Virus record (IMG/VR): IMGVR_UViG_2706794662_000007
Source: a virus
Taxonomy: Duplodnaviria > Heunggongvirae > Uroviricota > Caudoviricetes
Length of the DNA: 64,000 nt
Direction: 5' to 3' (one strand)
Below are positions 19,445 through 29,755 of the stretch, in pieces (positions within the stretch are counted from its first letter, which is position 1; each line of letters begins with the position of its first letter). The notes below the pieces were generated by a model that searched no databases, was not told the origin of the DNA, and saw only the letters and a program-made list of their open reading frames with translations. A program made the translations under genes and the position numbers.

Positions 19445-19631
19445 GTTGGTTTCCTTAAAGTGGTTCATAAAATCGATTTTAAAGCGTCTGGGAAGGGGGT
19501 CTAGTGGATTCTGTAGTGATGTTCAGGTCTGGAGTCTCTGATACAAAACAGCCTGCTTCCGTATATTAATAATTAATATGTAGTTATTTATATATATACA
19601 GAAGCAGGCTAATTACAGACGCCAGAACAAA

Positions 19632-20225
19632 CTAAGCAGCCTTCTTTGATGGTCTTTTTTTCCTGATCACATTCGCAGGATCATACCCTCCCAGACTTTT
19701 CATGACGTCCAAAGGGATCTTGCTTATAGAGTGCCCAGCGTCCTGACAGAATCCTCGAAAAACAACGAGCATACTGCCACCGGGGTTGATGTTTACTTCT
19801 ACCTGACCCAAATTGACGTCAGGCTCGACAAACGCTACGCGGCCACCAGACAGAATAATCGTCTCATTCGCATACTCTGTTGCACGCTCATACCACTTTG
19901 TATCGAGGGATTGAGGAATTAGCATCACTGTAGTAACTCCGCGAGCCTGCTCACGTATAGCAGCATCAATCCAGGGGGAGATTTTGGAGTAGGGTGGATT
20001 GAGGAAGGCAATTGTACCTGGCTGTCCCCATTCAGATTTCAAAGCATCACGCTCAATGCCTATGAAATTAGGCAGCTTTGCGTTGTCCTTGTTGCAGGCA
20101 ACGTCAACATCAAATGTCACTCCAAGATAACGTTGAATGGCAGAAAACAGCCAATCAGGTGTTCTCCAGAGGTCACGAAGAGAGTTGTCGCGCTTTCGCT
20201 GTTTGATTTTTTCGGCTGCAATCAT
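19632..20225 (-). CDS. dam: phage-type DNA N6-adenine methyltransferase (Dam-like)
   Basis: 197 aa with AFLNPPYS (NPPY catalytic motif). Confidence 0.8.
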   Translation of the reverse strand: MIAAEKIKQRKRDNSLRDLWRTPDWLFSAIQRYLGVTFDVDVACNKDNAKLPNFIGIERDALKSEWGQPGTIAFLNPPYSKISPWIDAAIREQARGVTTVMLIPQSLDTKWYERATEYANETIILSGGRVAFVEPDVNLGQVEVNINPGGSMLVVFRGFCQDAGHSISKIPLDVMKSLGGYDPANVIRKKRPSKKAA

Positions 20226-20283
20226 CTTCTTTCTCGATAGGTAAGTAAATACCTATTTTTGCATTTGATTTTATGTATGGCAA

Positions 20284-20326
20284 TCAAATAAAACGCGCCA
20301 GAAATGCGAACAAGAAGCTCTCTGGC
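20284..20326. terminator. bidirectional hairpin terminator
   Basis: CGCGCCAG...CTGGCGCG stem flanked by A-run and T-run. Confidence 0.5.
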
Positions 20327-20407
20327 GCGTTTTTTTGGTGCTGGGTATGGGTTATCTTACCCAGCACTATAAAGCTCTCTATGGGCTTTATTTTCAGTAG
20401 GGGAACG

Positions 20408-21217
20408 TCATCCAATAGTGTACTCCGCGACAAACTTCTTAACGATCGGTGATTCTTCGTTCAATGTTAGATTTCCACCGTCTCTAACGGCAATTCCTGT
20501 AGCTGGAAATACAGCCATCATTTGCCCAGCCTGAGTTGACGCAGTGTTAAGCGGATACGGTTTTTCTGGATTGCTCATTAAAGCAATCTTAATACTATTA
20601 CTTGTAGCCTTCTTTTCTGTAAGAAGGTGTCTCATGGAAATTACCGTGTAAACACTAATATCTGGACCTCCGCTAAACCAATTAAGAAGGTTTAATATCT
20701 TATCCTTCGCTTTGACAGGCGCGTTTTCGTAAGCGTCTAAGAAAATATCTTTTTCTAAGCCTGCTTTATTGAAAAACGAATCATCTTTATCACTTAAAGT
20801 AAAACTAGGACCTCTTGCAGCACGAGTTTTTTTATTTGTATTGCTATCATTTGACTGTTGAACTTTTAATTCATCATTAACCTCAACACAATCTTCAACC
20901 TCAATGATCCCCAACTGTTCTGGCTCATTTTCGGCAGCTTCACCACTTTCAGCGTTAATTACGTTTATAGGCTCATGCGCTAACTCCAACTCATTTAAAG
21001 CAGAGCTGAAATCACCTGCTTTTTCTTCATTGAACAGTTCTTCGGCAACATCATCAGAACTCATGGCTACGCCAGCATCGAGGCCGAGAAGCAGATCGTC
21101 AATATCATCAGTATTTTCAACCTGTGCAGCTTTTTTTACTGGTTCATCAAGTGATTGCAACATGGCTGTCAGCTCATCCAGATCATCATTTGTCATTACA
21201 TTTTCAACCGAACTCAT
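20408..21217 (-). CDS. hypothetical protein with strongly acidic N-terminal half
   Basis: 269 aa, first ~120 residues D/E-rich. Confidence 0.5.
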   Translation of the reverse strand: MSSVENVMTNDDLDELTAMLQSLDEPVKKAAQVENTDDIDDLLLGLDAGVAMSSDDVAEELFNEEKAGDFSSALNELELAHEPINVINAESGEAAENEPEQLGIIEVEDCVEVNDELKVQQSNDSNTNKKTRAARGPSFTLSDKDDSFFNKAGLEKDIFLDAYENAPVKAKDKILNLLNWFSGGPDISVYTVISMRHLLTEKKATSNSIKIALMSNPEKPYPLNTASTQAGQMMAVFPATGIAVRDGGNLTLNEESPIVKKFVAEYTIG

Positions 21218-21377
21218 GTAAGTCTCCTTCTGTTTAGTTGCATTTGCGTTTCGATGGCTACATTTTGACTAAACCTATCAGGCGGAAAAGTATTAAATAC
21301 AGGCAGGAAATGATTGAAAGGCGACTGTTCTTTAAAAGAAAGCCTGCTTCAAACTCTCTTTAAAGCAGGCTTTTGTT

Positions 21378-21935
21378 TTACACAATTTCAGAGGGTAATT
21401 TAAAAAATCCGTATTTATTACGTGCCTTAAAGAAGCATTGCATCATTAAGTTTGTGTCATATAAGGCACTATGTGCTTTGGCATGATCGTATATAAAGCC
21501 AAGAGAGAAGGCCAATTCTTCAAGGCGAGGACGTTTACCGTCTTCTGTGGCCCACAATCCCGATAACATAGTATCTATAACGGGAACGTCTGGCAGTCTT
21601 ACTCCATACCCTGAAAACTCGTGTCTAATAAATGGTATATCAAACGCTTCGCCGTTATGAGCAACCCACGCACTACATGCCTCCATATAAGCGCCAATTT
21701 CGCTAGCATGATTTGACAACAAAGGTTCAGCTGCGAGCTGTTCTAATGAAATGCCATGAACGGCTTGAGCTTTCGGATCTATGTTTCTGCGAGGGTTAAA
21801 ACGCATCTCCAGACTATCAATATGTCTCTGTGTCTCCAGTTCATAGCGGGTAATTGCGATTTCAATAATTTTATGACCAGCAAGGAAATCCAGTCCCGTA
21901 GACTCGATATCGATGCCTGCAACAATCGTTGTCAT
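21378..21935 (-). CDS. DnaQ-like 3-prime to 5-prime exonuclease (DNA polymerase III epsilon-like)
   Basis: GIDIESTGLD (Exo I), HNGEAFD (Exo II), HSALYD (Exo III). Confidence 0.8.
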   Translation of the reverse strand: MTTIVAGIDIESTGLDFLAGHKIIEIAITRYELETQRHIDSLEMRFNPRRNIDPKAQAVHGISLEQLAAEPLLSNHASEIGAYMEACSAWVAHNGEAFDIPFIRHEFSGYGVRLPDVPVIDTMLSGLWATEDGKRPRLEELAFSLGFIYDHAKAHSALYDTNLMMQCFFKARNKYGFFKLPSEIV

Positions 21936-21944
21936 CAGAACTCC

Positions 21945-22364
21945 TTACAACTTCTTAGCGCCCTTAAGTAGTGCGCTACGTACAAATTGAGCCGCTTTTT
22001 TCAAAGTTTCTTCACTGGTTTCACAGACAATCGGATCTTTCCACTTACCTGACGCAGTGTTGAGAATATTGATTTGGTTGCTATCCAGACAAACAGAGAT
22101 ATAAAGCACCGTGCCACCAGCCAGCATCAAATGCATAGGAAACAGAGGCTTTTTACTGTCTTCACTGAACTGAGACATGGCGATGTTAATGGCTTCACCT
22201 ACTTGTGCGCCAACAAGCCCCTGCGCAGTTTCGAATATGGCACGAATAGCCAGACGAGCCTCTCGATCGCTCATAAGCGACCGGGAATGTTCGTCCGCTA
22301 CACGAATCAAAGCCTCTGTTGTTTTCCGATCCAGTTCATCTTCAAGCAACATTTCACTAAACAT
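21945..22364 (-). CDS. hypothetical protein
   Basis: 139-aa ORF. Confidence 0.4.
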   Translation of the reverse strand: MFSEMLLEDELDRKTTEALIRVADEHSRSLMSDREARLAIRAIFETAQGLVGAQVGEAINIAMSQFSEDSKKPLFPMHLMLAGGTVLYISVCLDSNQINILNTASGKWKDPIVCETSEETLKKAAQFVRSALLKGAKKL

Positions 22365-22425
22365 TTTTTATCCTTAACCCATTTTGAGAGTTTTATTGTC
22401 GCAATGTCGAAGAGGCGAACAATTT

Positions 22426-23070
22426 CTAATGAACGGTCACTCGACCACAGAACCGGTTTTCTATCTTTTCTACAGCGTTATCTAGCATTCTCATCACTGA
22501 TCTGGCTCTTGCTTCAACCGTGCGATATCGGTTGGAAACGACGAAGGTTTGCAGATCCCCCCTTTGCGGATGCAGGTGAATTTTTGTCAGTTCCCCGCAC
22601 ATCAACGCATCAATACGAGCGACATACAGACGGTCTAATGATGCTCGTTGTGATCGCAAGTAATCTCGCTCTGAGAGAGCGACTCCCGGGCGTAGGCCAG
22701 CAATGGCGTTAAAGTTTGAAATAGCAGTTTTGTGGCAAAACTTTTCGATATCGAGGGCTAACTCAATACATCGATCTTCATTGGTATGGCCGACCAAATC
22801 CAACGTGTAGGCCATAACATCAGCAGGTGTGCGATCGATAACAAAGCCTTCAACACCACGCGTAAGTAGCTCTATATGCTTTGCGATTTCCATTTGAATC
22901 TGAAGCCGCTCATATAGAGGCATAGACTCACCTACTCGAACACCGAGTCGGCTCATCAAACTTCCGACACCAGCATCCACGTAAGGGATTCCGTAATGTT
23001 TGTCGATATATTTTGCCAGGGTTGTTTTCCCACTGCCCTGAGCACCAGTGATCCCAATCCGGTAATCCAT
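22426..23070 (-). CDS. P-loop nucleotide kinase (dNMP/thymidylate kinase-like)
   Basis: Walker A GAQGSGKTT near N-terminus, 214 aa, inside nucleotide-metabolism operon. Confidence 0.5.
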   Translation of the reverse strand: MDYRIGITGAQGSGKTTLAKYIDKHYGIPYVDAGVGSLMSRLGVRVGESMPLYERLQIQMEIAKHIELLTRGVEGFVIDRTPADVMAYTLDLVGHTNEDRCIELALDIEKFCHKTAISNFNAIAGLRPGVALSERDYLRSQRASLDRLYVARIDALMCGELTKIHLHPQRGDLQTFVVSNRYRTVEARARSVMRMLDNAVEKIENRFCGRVTVH

Positions 23071-23546
23071 TACGACCTTCTGTATACGATCTGCGAAAAG
23101 CCAGGCTCTTCCTCGCTGGCTCGTTGGGTAAAAACTGTTTCAACAGGCACAAAGCCTAAATTACGCATCATGCTTGCCGGGAAGAATGCATCGGCGTTTG
23201 GCACATCAACGCCGATGTGGGAGAGCCAAATCTCTTCAACATGCGGCATGAATAGCGAGTAAATTTGTTCCCCGCCAATCACCCACACAGGCTCTGGTAA
23301 TCGCAACACATCATCCACACCAGCAGGGTAGAATCCATTTGGTACAAAGCCATGAGAGCGCGTCAAAACGAGGTTATGACGCTCTGGAAGAGGGCGTTTG
23401 AGACTTTCCATCGTTTTACGCCCCATAACGACAGTGGCGTTTTTGGTGAGTCTCTTAAATAGCTTCAGATCGGTAGAACAACGCCAGGGCAGTTCGTTCG
23501 CTATGCCGATCTCATAGTTACGGCCAACAGCAGCTATCATCTTCAT
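23070..23546 (-). CDS. folA: dihydrofolate reductase
   Basis: 158 aa; MIAAVGRNYEIG...LPW...VVMGRKT pattern typical of DHFR. Confidence 0.8.
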   Translation of the reverse strand: MKMIAAVGRNYEIGIANELPWRCSTDLKLFKRLTKNATVVMGRKTMESLKRPLPERHNLVLTRSHGFVPNGFYPAGVDDVLRLPEPVWVIGGEQIYSLFMPHVEEIWLSHIGVDVPNADAFFPASMMRNLGFVPVETVFTQRASEEEPGFSQIVYRRS

Positions 23547-23956
23547 TTGCTCACCTCATAGATGACCGGTCTATGATGAGAGTCAGCTAAAGCGGCACGG
23601 AGTCGAGGATCGTGCACCAGCGCAGCGATAAGCAGATCGCCTTTATGCTCCGCTAATGTGCGCTTAATATGCTTCTCATAACTGGTGCCATTCGGTACGA
23701 GATGAAGCCAGTCGTAATCAACGCCAAAATCTTTCAGCCATCGTTTAGTGGGCGCTTCAAGAGTTTCAGAGCGGCTACTGATAAGCACCACTTCAGCCCC
23801 TGAGCGAGCAAAACCACGCAACATACGGCTGGTGGGGAAAATGAGTTCATCACCGGCAATGAGCTGGCCTGCATCCGTGTCAGGTACAGATTTACGATGG
23901 CTGGTATTTGCCAGCACACCTTCAATTTCGCATAAGACATACATACCTCTTGCCAT
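23543..23956 (-). CDS. hypothetical protein, possible HAD-like phosphatase
   Basis: ORF track 23543..24004 starts at TTG; internal ATG MARGMYVLCEIEGV resembles a degenerate HAD motif I. Confidence 0.3.
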   Translation of the reverse strand: MARGMYVLCEIEGVLANTSHRKSVPDTDAGQLIAGDELIFPTSRMLRGFARSGAEVVLISSRSETLEAPTKRWLKDFGVDYDWLHLVPNGTSYEKHIKRTLAEHKGDLLIAALVHDPRLRAALADSHHRPVIYEVSK

Positions 23957-23957
23957 A

Positions 23958-25061
23958 TCACACCGCCACTGGAACCTTGATCCACGGTAGAGGGTCATAG
24001 CCAAGAATCAGAATATCGTCCCATTTGAAATCATCCAGCTCAGACCATTCATGAGGGAAAATAACGACCGGATCTGAATGCTCTGGAGCCTGTCGTTTCA
24101 TTAGCTCACACACACCTTCCATGTGGTTGTTGTACAAATGCACGTCAAAGCCAAAATGCACAAATGCACCGGCCATGTGACCCGTAATCTTCGCGAGAAA
24201 ATGAGTGAGAATGCCATAGCCAGCAATATTGAATGGCATACCAACAAAAGTGTCTACGCTACGCTGTACGAGGCAGGAGTTGAGGATGCGTTTGGGGATT
24301 CCAAGTTCATCCAGTTCAGTTTCAGTAACACTGCCGTCCATCTCCAGATCGTATAGCATCTTGGTGTAGATAGACTCATAACCGAAGCGACTGTGTTGAA
24401 GACCAATGTCAGTTGCCATCGTTAAACGGGTTTCAAAATCAAGCTCACGACTCCACAAAGAGAAGACAAAGTGGCAAGGTGGCAGTTTCATATCCTCAAG
24501 CTCGCCTACGTTCCATGCGTTAAGCATGATGCGACGATCGGTAGGGTTCGTGCGCAGTGTGTCGACAATACGCTGTAGCTGATCGATTTCACGGGACAGC
24601 ACTACGCGATCTTCACTGATACCCAGGTATCCCTCGACTTTGTACCCGCGTTCACGGAAAGTAGCGATCTTGCTCAGATATTCACTATGGCTCACGATGC
24701 GGGTATCTTCCCATCGACGCCACTGCTTACCGTAAACCGGCCCCAAATCGCCATTCTCATCGGCCCATGCATCCCAAATCTTAACGCCGTTATCCTTAAG
24801 AAATTGGATGTTGCCCGTGCCTTTCAGATACCACTCAAGTTCGACAAGCAGTGGCTTAAGATTTACCGCCTTTCCAGAAATAAGCGGCACAGTCCCACCA
24901 GTAAGCATGTAGTAAGAGGGAACGTAGCAGGTGCTTAAAGTACCAGTGCCTGTGCGATCATCAGTCTGCACGCCGCTTTTAAGCACCGTCTCAATAACTT
25001 TTGCATACGATGCGTTTGTTACCTGACCGTTCGTATGCTCACGATTCAAAAGGAGTGACAT
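23958..25061 (-). CDS. thyA: thymidylate synthase (ThyA family) with two insertions
   Basis: DRTGTGTLS, IWDAWADENGDLGPVYGKQWR, active-site PCH, QRSVDTFVGMPFNIAGY; 367 aa vs ~264 for E. coli ThyA. Confidence 0.85.
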   Translation of the reverse strand: MSLLLNREHTNGQVTNASYAKVIETVLKSGVQTDDRTGTGTLSTCYVPSYYMLTGGTVPLISGKAVNLKPLLVELEWYLKGTGNIQFLKDNGVKIWDAWADENGDLGPVYGKQWRRWEDTRIVSHSEYLSKIATFRERGYKVEGYLGISEDRVVLSREIDQLQRIVDTLRTNPTDRRIMLNAWNVGELEDMKLPPCHFVFSLWSRELDFETRLTMATDIGLQHSRFGYESIYTKMLYDLEMDGSVTETELDELGIPKRILNSCLVQRSVDTFVGMPFNIAGYGILTHFLAKITGHMAGAFVHFGFDVHLYNNHMEGVCELMKRQAPEHSDPVVIFPHEWSELDDFKWDDILILGYDPLPWIKVPVAV

Positions 25062-25144
25062 AAAACCTCACGAAGATAAGTAATCAATTATTTATCACGT
25101 GAGTTTACATTCATTGATAAAACAAGACCAGATAGATAAAAAAT

Positions 25145-25161
25145 GGTGGCCATAGGCCACC
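25145..25161 (-). terminator. hairpin terminator (minus sense)
   Basis: GGTGGCC-ATA-GGCCACC followed by T-run in minus sense. Confidence 0.5.
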
Positions 25162-25228
25162 AAAAAGAATAGTCGTTCCAGAGTTTTATACGCAAATCAA
25201 ATATACATTAGTAGATAATCACCTACAA

Positions 25229-26098
25229 TTATTTTTTGATCATTCCGTACATTGCTGAGGCTTTAGCTTGCTCAACAAAGGAGGATAAATCGACATCACT
25301 ATAGGTTGGAGACTTCAGAATCTTTCCATCGGAAATTCGAAAACCGATCATCTTATCGGTGCCATCAGCATGGCGAAATCCCAGGTCTGAAGAGTCGTAT
25401 TTGCAGTTGGCCACAGCCTGGCGACGTTCCTCTACATCAGCAGGCCATAATTTTGTCATGTTAGACCGATGAATTTCGCCAACCAGCTCGACTACATTGA
25501 TACCGAGGAAATCAGCCAGTCGATAGGTCATCATGCACGCCACATAGATTTTGTTCATGACACGGCGCAGTTCCTGAATCAGCTCAGAATCCTTAACAGT
25601 CTTGTTCTCAAGTTTATCTGCCAGCTCTTCGAGCATACATGACGCCTCACGAGCTTCCTGAAATGGCATTGCCATATCATCGAAAACAGTGTTACCGGGC
25701 ACAAAAATTGTCTGCATAAAGCGATCAATGCTCTGTTCCTGCGTGTAATAGGTCATGCCGGTAGAAATACCACCTTTGATGGCGACCATCGTACCAACAC
25801 CAACGTATAAAAAGTCGGCCATTGCATCCAGCAGTTGCTCAATATCCCCATTCATTGCAGCTGGAATACCTTCCACTACAGCTTCTTCATGAATCAGGCT
25901 TGCACGGAGACGAAGCAGCTCTGGTGTCGGCATAACGCGTCTCGGATGCTGGAAGAGTTCATGAAACTGATCGACCATCTTGTAAATACTTTCAGTAGCT
26001 ACACCATGACCTTCATGCAACTCATATGGTTCTGGCTTAAATCCAATGAGACGATCGGTGGCAAGTTTCAGGTGGTCAGTCAGTTTGGTAAAGTTCAT
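25229..26098 (-). CDS. MazG-like nucleotide pyrophosphohydrolase (putative)
   Basis: ATG at 26098 with AAGGAA SD; two EExxE...D-type MazG-like motifs. Confidence 0.4.
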   Translation of the reverse strand: MNFTKLTDHLKLATDRLIGFKPEPYELHEGHGVATESIYKMVDQFHELFQHPRRVMPTPELLRLRASLIHEEAVVEGIPAAMNGDIEQLLDAMADFLYVGVGTMVAIKGGISTGMTYYTQEQSIDRFMQTIFVPGNTVFDDMAMPFQEAREASCMLEELADKLENKTVKDSELIQELRRVMNKIYVACMMTYRLADFLGINVVELVGEIHRSNMTKLWPADVEERRQAVANCKYDSSDLGFRHADGTDKMIGFRISDGKILKSPTYSDVDLSSFVEQAKASAMYGMIKK

Positions 26099-26175
26099 GC
26101 TAGTTTTGTTCCTTCTTAATTCTTGTGATCCATTGTGGCCCAGCGTTGCCAGGTTACATAATGCTTTGTATCGGT

Positions 26176-27318
26176 TCACAGGTCTGCAAACTGGCTTAGA
26201 GAAGCCTTGTCCACGGTAGAATCGATCTGACCTACCAGATATGTGCTTTGCTCTGCCTCTTGTGGTGCAATTTGCAGTGTGTCGGTTAACAACCACTTGT
26301 TCATCCAGACCAGCGGATCGGTGGTAACCTCTGGAAATAAAGCCTTCAGGCCAAGACGATTCATAGCCAGATTGGTGCGGTATTTTACATAGGTCTTCAA
26401 AATATCCGCGTTTAAACCAATCATCGAACCGTCTTTGAAGAGATACTCGGCCCAGTTCATTTCTTGTTCGGCGACTGATTTCATGGTGTCGTAAATGACG
26501 TTTTCTTCATCAGCAGCAATCTCTTTCCACAATAAACCTTCGCGACCGGTACGCATGAAGCGGATCATGCGTTCAGTTCCTTCGCAATGCAGAGCTTCAT
26601 CACGGGCAATAAAGCGCATAATTTTGGTGTTACCCTCAAGCAACTTCCGTTCGCCAAAGGCAAACGTACATGCAAAACTTACATAGAAACGGATCGCCTC
26701 AAGCGCATTAATGGACACCAACGTGCGGAAAAGCTGACGGTGCAAAGGATATGGCTCCCAGCCATATTCATTTACGTACAGACGCTCAAATTCCTTCTCG
26801 CCTAACGACTGGCGCTCGCAGGTCATCCCATAAAGCCTGTCATATTCAGCAGAGATACTGATCGCTCGGTTGATGATTTCTTCATCCGTAACAATACCGT
26901 CAAAAACAATGCTCGGATCGTCCACCATGCCACGAATAATGTGGGTGTAGCTGCGGCTATGGATAGTCTCAGAGAAAGACCATGTTTCAACCCACGTTTC
27001 CAGTTCAGGAATAGAGATAAGCGGCAGCAGCGTTGCATTTGGGCTACGTCCCTGAACTGAATCGAGTAACGTTTGATAACGGAGATTGCTCAGAAAAATG
27101 TGACGTTCGTGGTCCCGCAGCTTCGTGTTGAAGTCGATACGATCGCTCGAAATATCAACTTCTTCCGGCCGCCAGAAGAAAGACAATTGACGTTCAATCA
27201 ACTTTTCAAAATCACGGTATTTTTGCTGATCGTAACGTGCCACGTTGACAGATTGTCCGAGGAACATAGGCTCTTTGGTTGCATCATTAGCACCCAAACG
27301 GAACGTTGAATATGACAT
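26176..27318 (-). CDS. nrdB: ribonucleotide reductase class Ia beta subunit
   Basis: MSYSTF...[20 protein letters not shown]...[32 protein letters not shown] closely parallels E. coli NrdB. Confidence 0.9.
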   Translation of the reverse strand: MSYSTFRLGANDATKEPMFLGQSVNVARYDQQKYRDFEKLIERQLSFFWRPEEVDISSDRIDFNTKLRDHERHIFLSNLRYQTLLDSVQGRSPNATLLPLISIPELETWVETWSFSETIHSRSYTHIIRGMVDDPSIVFDGIVTDEEIINRAISISAEYDRLYGMTCERQSLGEKEFERLYVNEYGWEPYPLHRQLFRTLVSINALEAIRFYVSFACTFAFGERKLLEGNTKIMRFIARDEALHCEGTERMIRFMRTGREGLLWKEIAADEENVIYDTMKSVAEQEMNWAEYLFKDGSMIGLNADILKTYVKYRTNLAMNRLGLKALFPEVTTDPLVWMNKWLLTDTLQIAPQEAEQSTYLVGQIDSTVDKASLSQFADL

Positions 27319-27346
27319 GTGTTTTTCCTTTTGCTTTTTGATGTGT

Positions 27347-27380
27347 TTAAACAAGTTGTTATCCTATTTGTTTAAACAAG
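27347..27380 (-). promoter_or_regulatory. palindromic motifs (TAAACAAGTTGTTA and TTGTTTAAACAA) upstream of nrdB
   Basis: two inverted-repeat elements within 35-60 nt upstream of nrdB ATG. Confidence 0.45.
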
Positions 27381-27423
27381 GCTTACAAATCAAAGAGAAG
27401 GTGGGGATACACCCCACCATATG

Positions 27424-29739
27424 TCAGATTTTGCAGGCTCCGTCGCACTCATCTTCTGGCTCGACGGCTACAGCTTGCGTCAGTGGATTCTGCGGTTCGT
27501 CGTCATCACGCTTTCCTGCCCCATCTCTGGTGTTGTGGTAGTAAAGCGTTTTAACTCCCATCTTGTAGGCGAGAAGCAAATCTGACAGTAGCGTCATCAT
27601 TGGGACTTTATCGCCTTCAAAGCGAGAAGGGTCATAGTTGGTATTGGCCGAAATAGCCTGGTCAAAGAACTTCTGGATGATCGCCACCTTTGTCAGATAG
27701 CCGCGGTTGTCCGGCATATCCCACAGGTATTCATACTGTTCCTTCAGTTTTTCAATCTCAGGCACGACCATCTTAACGATGCCGTCCTTAGAAGATTTCA
27801 CCGACACCGGTCCACGAGGCGGTTCGATGCCGTTTGTGGAATTAGTGATCTGGCTGGAAGTCTCGCATGGCATTTGTGCCGTCAGTGTGGAGTTGCGAAG
27901 ACCGTATTTTGCAATACGTTCACGCAGTTCTTCCCACGGCATCTTTAACTCAAAGTTGGTTTCGCCACTTTCGTCTAATGAAGAACGGTAATGGTCGATC
28001 GGCAACTGACCAATTGCGTACTTGGTCTGCTCAAACCAGTCACACTCACCTTTTGCTTCAGCAAGTTGGCAGCTGGCATCAAGAAGGTAATACTGGATAG
28101 CTTCGAACGTTTCATGCACCAGTTTATTACCAGCGGTATCAGAATAACGAATGCCATTCTTTGCCAGGTAATAAGCAAAGTTGGTTACACCGATCCCCAG
28201 GCTACGACGAGCTTTGGCAGGCACTTCGGCTGCCTCCATCGGATAGTCTTGATAATCCAGTAACGAATCCAGTGCAGCAACGGCATAGAACGCCACCTCT
28301 TTAAGAGACTCCAGTGAACGGATGGCTCCGAGGTTAAAAGCGGATAAAGTGCATAGCGCGATCTCACCGTTCGGGTCGTCGGTAAATGCCAGTGGACGGG
28401 TAGGTAGGGTGATCTCCATACACAGGTTTGACTGGCGGACAGGTGCAAGAGCAGGAATGAAAGCGCCATGCTCATTAATATGATCGACGTTCGCAATATA
28501 AATTCGGCCCGTGGACGCTCGTTCCTGCATCAGAGATGAGAACAGCTCAATGGCAGGTACTGACTTCTTGCGAATTGAATCATCGGCTTCGTATTTATGG
28601 TACAGCTTTTCAAACAGCTCCTGGTCTGTGAAGAAGGCTTCGTACATATCAGGCACATCATGCGGGCTGAACAGAGTGATGTTCTCGCTTCTGACGAGTC
28701 GACGGTACATTAGACGGTTACTCATGACGCCGTAATCAAGATGGCGAACGCGGTTTTCATCAATACCACGGTTATTTTTCACCACCAGCAGACTTTCAAC
28801 TTCAAGATGCCAGATCGGGTAAAACGCTGTTGCTGCGCCACCACGAACACCACCTTGCGAACAAGATTTAACAGCCGTCTGGAAATGCTTCAGGAATGGA
28901 ATAACTCCGGTATGGGTGGCTTCACCATTGCGGATCTCGCTGCCCAGCGCACGGATACGGCCAAAACCAATACCAATTCCAGCACGACGTGAAACGTAGT
29001 CGATAATTGCGGCTGAAGCTGCACTAATCCCTTTCAGACTATCGCCAGACTCAATCAGCACACAACTGGAGAACTGACGGGTTGGAGTACGGACGCCGGC
29101 CATGATTGGTGTGGGCAGAGACAGTTTGAACGTACTTGTAACGTCATAGAAACCTTTGACCATCTCCATACGTGTTTTGCCAGCGCAGTCGTCTTCCCAA
29201 TTCTGGAACAGACACATGCCTACCAGCATATAGATATGTTGCGGCCCCTCATGAATCTCACCAGTAACACGGTTTTGAACGAGGTATTTGCTTTGCAACT
29301 GCACCGTAGCTGCATAGCCAAAAAGATCGTCACGTTTCGGCTTAATGTAATTACCGAGTTCTTCGATCTCTTCAAACGAATAATGTGTCAGCAAATCCTT
29401 GTCATAAACGCCCTTGTTAACGTTCTTGACAATGTGTTGGTAGAAGTTCGGATAGTCGTAACGACCGAAGGCATCTTTGCGGATTTTAAAAATGTTCAGG
29501 CGGGCAGCCACCTGTGAGTAATTTGGTGCTTCTGGTGAGATCAAATCAGCGGCAGATTTAACCAAAGCCTCATGCAACTGGCTGGTGGTCATCCCATCAA
29601 AAATGCTGGCCGCAGCTCCCATTGCTACAGCGGATGCGCTTACACCACGAATGCCTTCTACGCCATACATTACGACGCGGTTGTATTTTTCTTCGGATAA
29701 CGGCTCTGTTTGGCCGTTACGTTTTACGATGCTTATCAT
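27424..29739 (-). CDS. nrdA: ribonucleotide reductase class Ia alpha subunit
   Basis: 771 aa; LPTPIM, TRQFSSCVLIE, SCSQGGVRGGAAT, RVRHLDYGV, terminal DECDGACKI; divergent from E. coli NrdA as recalled. Confidence 0.95.
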   Translation of the reverse strand: MISIVKRNGQTEPLSEEKYNRVVMYGVEGIRGVSASAVAMGAAASIFDGMTTSQLHEALVKSAADLISPEAPNYSQVAARLNIFKIRKDAFGRYDYPNFYQHIVKNVNKGVYDKDLLTHYSFEEIEELGNYIKPKRDDLFGYAATVQLQSKYLVQNRVTGEIHEGPQHIYMLVGMCLFQNWEDDCAGKTRMEMVKGFYDVTSTFKLSLPTPIMAGVRTPTRQFSSCVLIESGDSLKGISAASAAIIDYVSRRAGIGIGFGRIRALGSEIRNGEATHTGVIPFLKHFQTAVKSCSQGGVRGGAATAFYPIWHLEVESLLVVKNNRGIDENRVRHLDYGVMSNRLMYRRLVRSENITLFSPHDVPDMYEAFFTDQELFEKLYHKYEADDSIRKKSVPAIELFSSLMQERASTGRIYIANVDHINEHGAFIPALAPVRQSNLCMEITLPTRPLAFTDDPNGEIALCTLSAFNLGAIRSLESLKEVAFYAVAALDSLLDYQDYPMEAAEVPAKARRSLGIGVTNFAYYLAKNGIRYSDTAGNKLVHETFEAIQYYLLDASCQLAEAKGECDWFEQTKYAIGQLPIDHYRSSLDESGETNFELKMPWEELRERIAKYGLRNSTLTAQMPCETSSQITNSTNGIEPPRGPVSVKSSKDGIVKMVVPEIEKLKEQYEYLWDMPDNRGYLTKVAIIQKFFDQAISANTNYDPSRFEGDKVPMMTLLSDLLLAYKMGVKTLYYHNTRDGAGKRDDDEPQNPLTQAVAVEPEDECDGACKI

Positions 29740-29755
29740 GTATCACCAAATAAAG

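Noticed and set aside
23958-25061. Intein in thymidylate synthase or NrdA
   Set aside because: ThyA insertions are ~40-50 aa, too short for an intein and without the expected block motifs; NrdA length is normal for class Ia.
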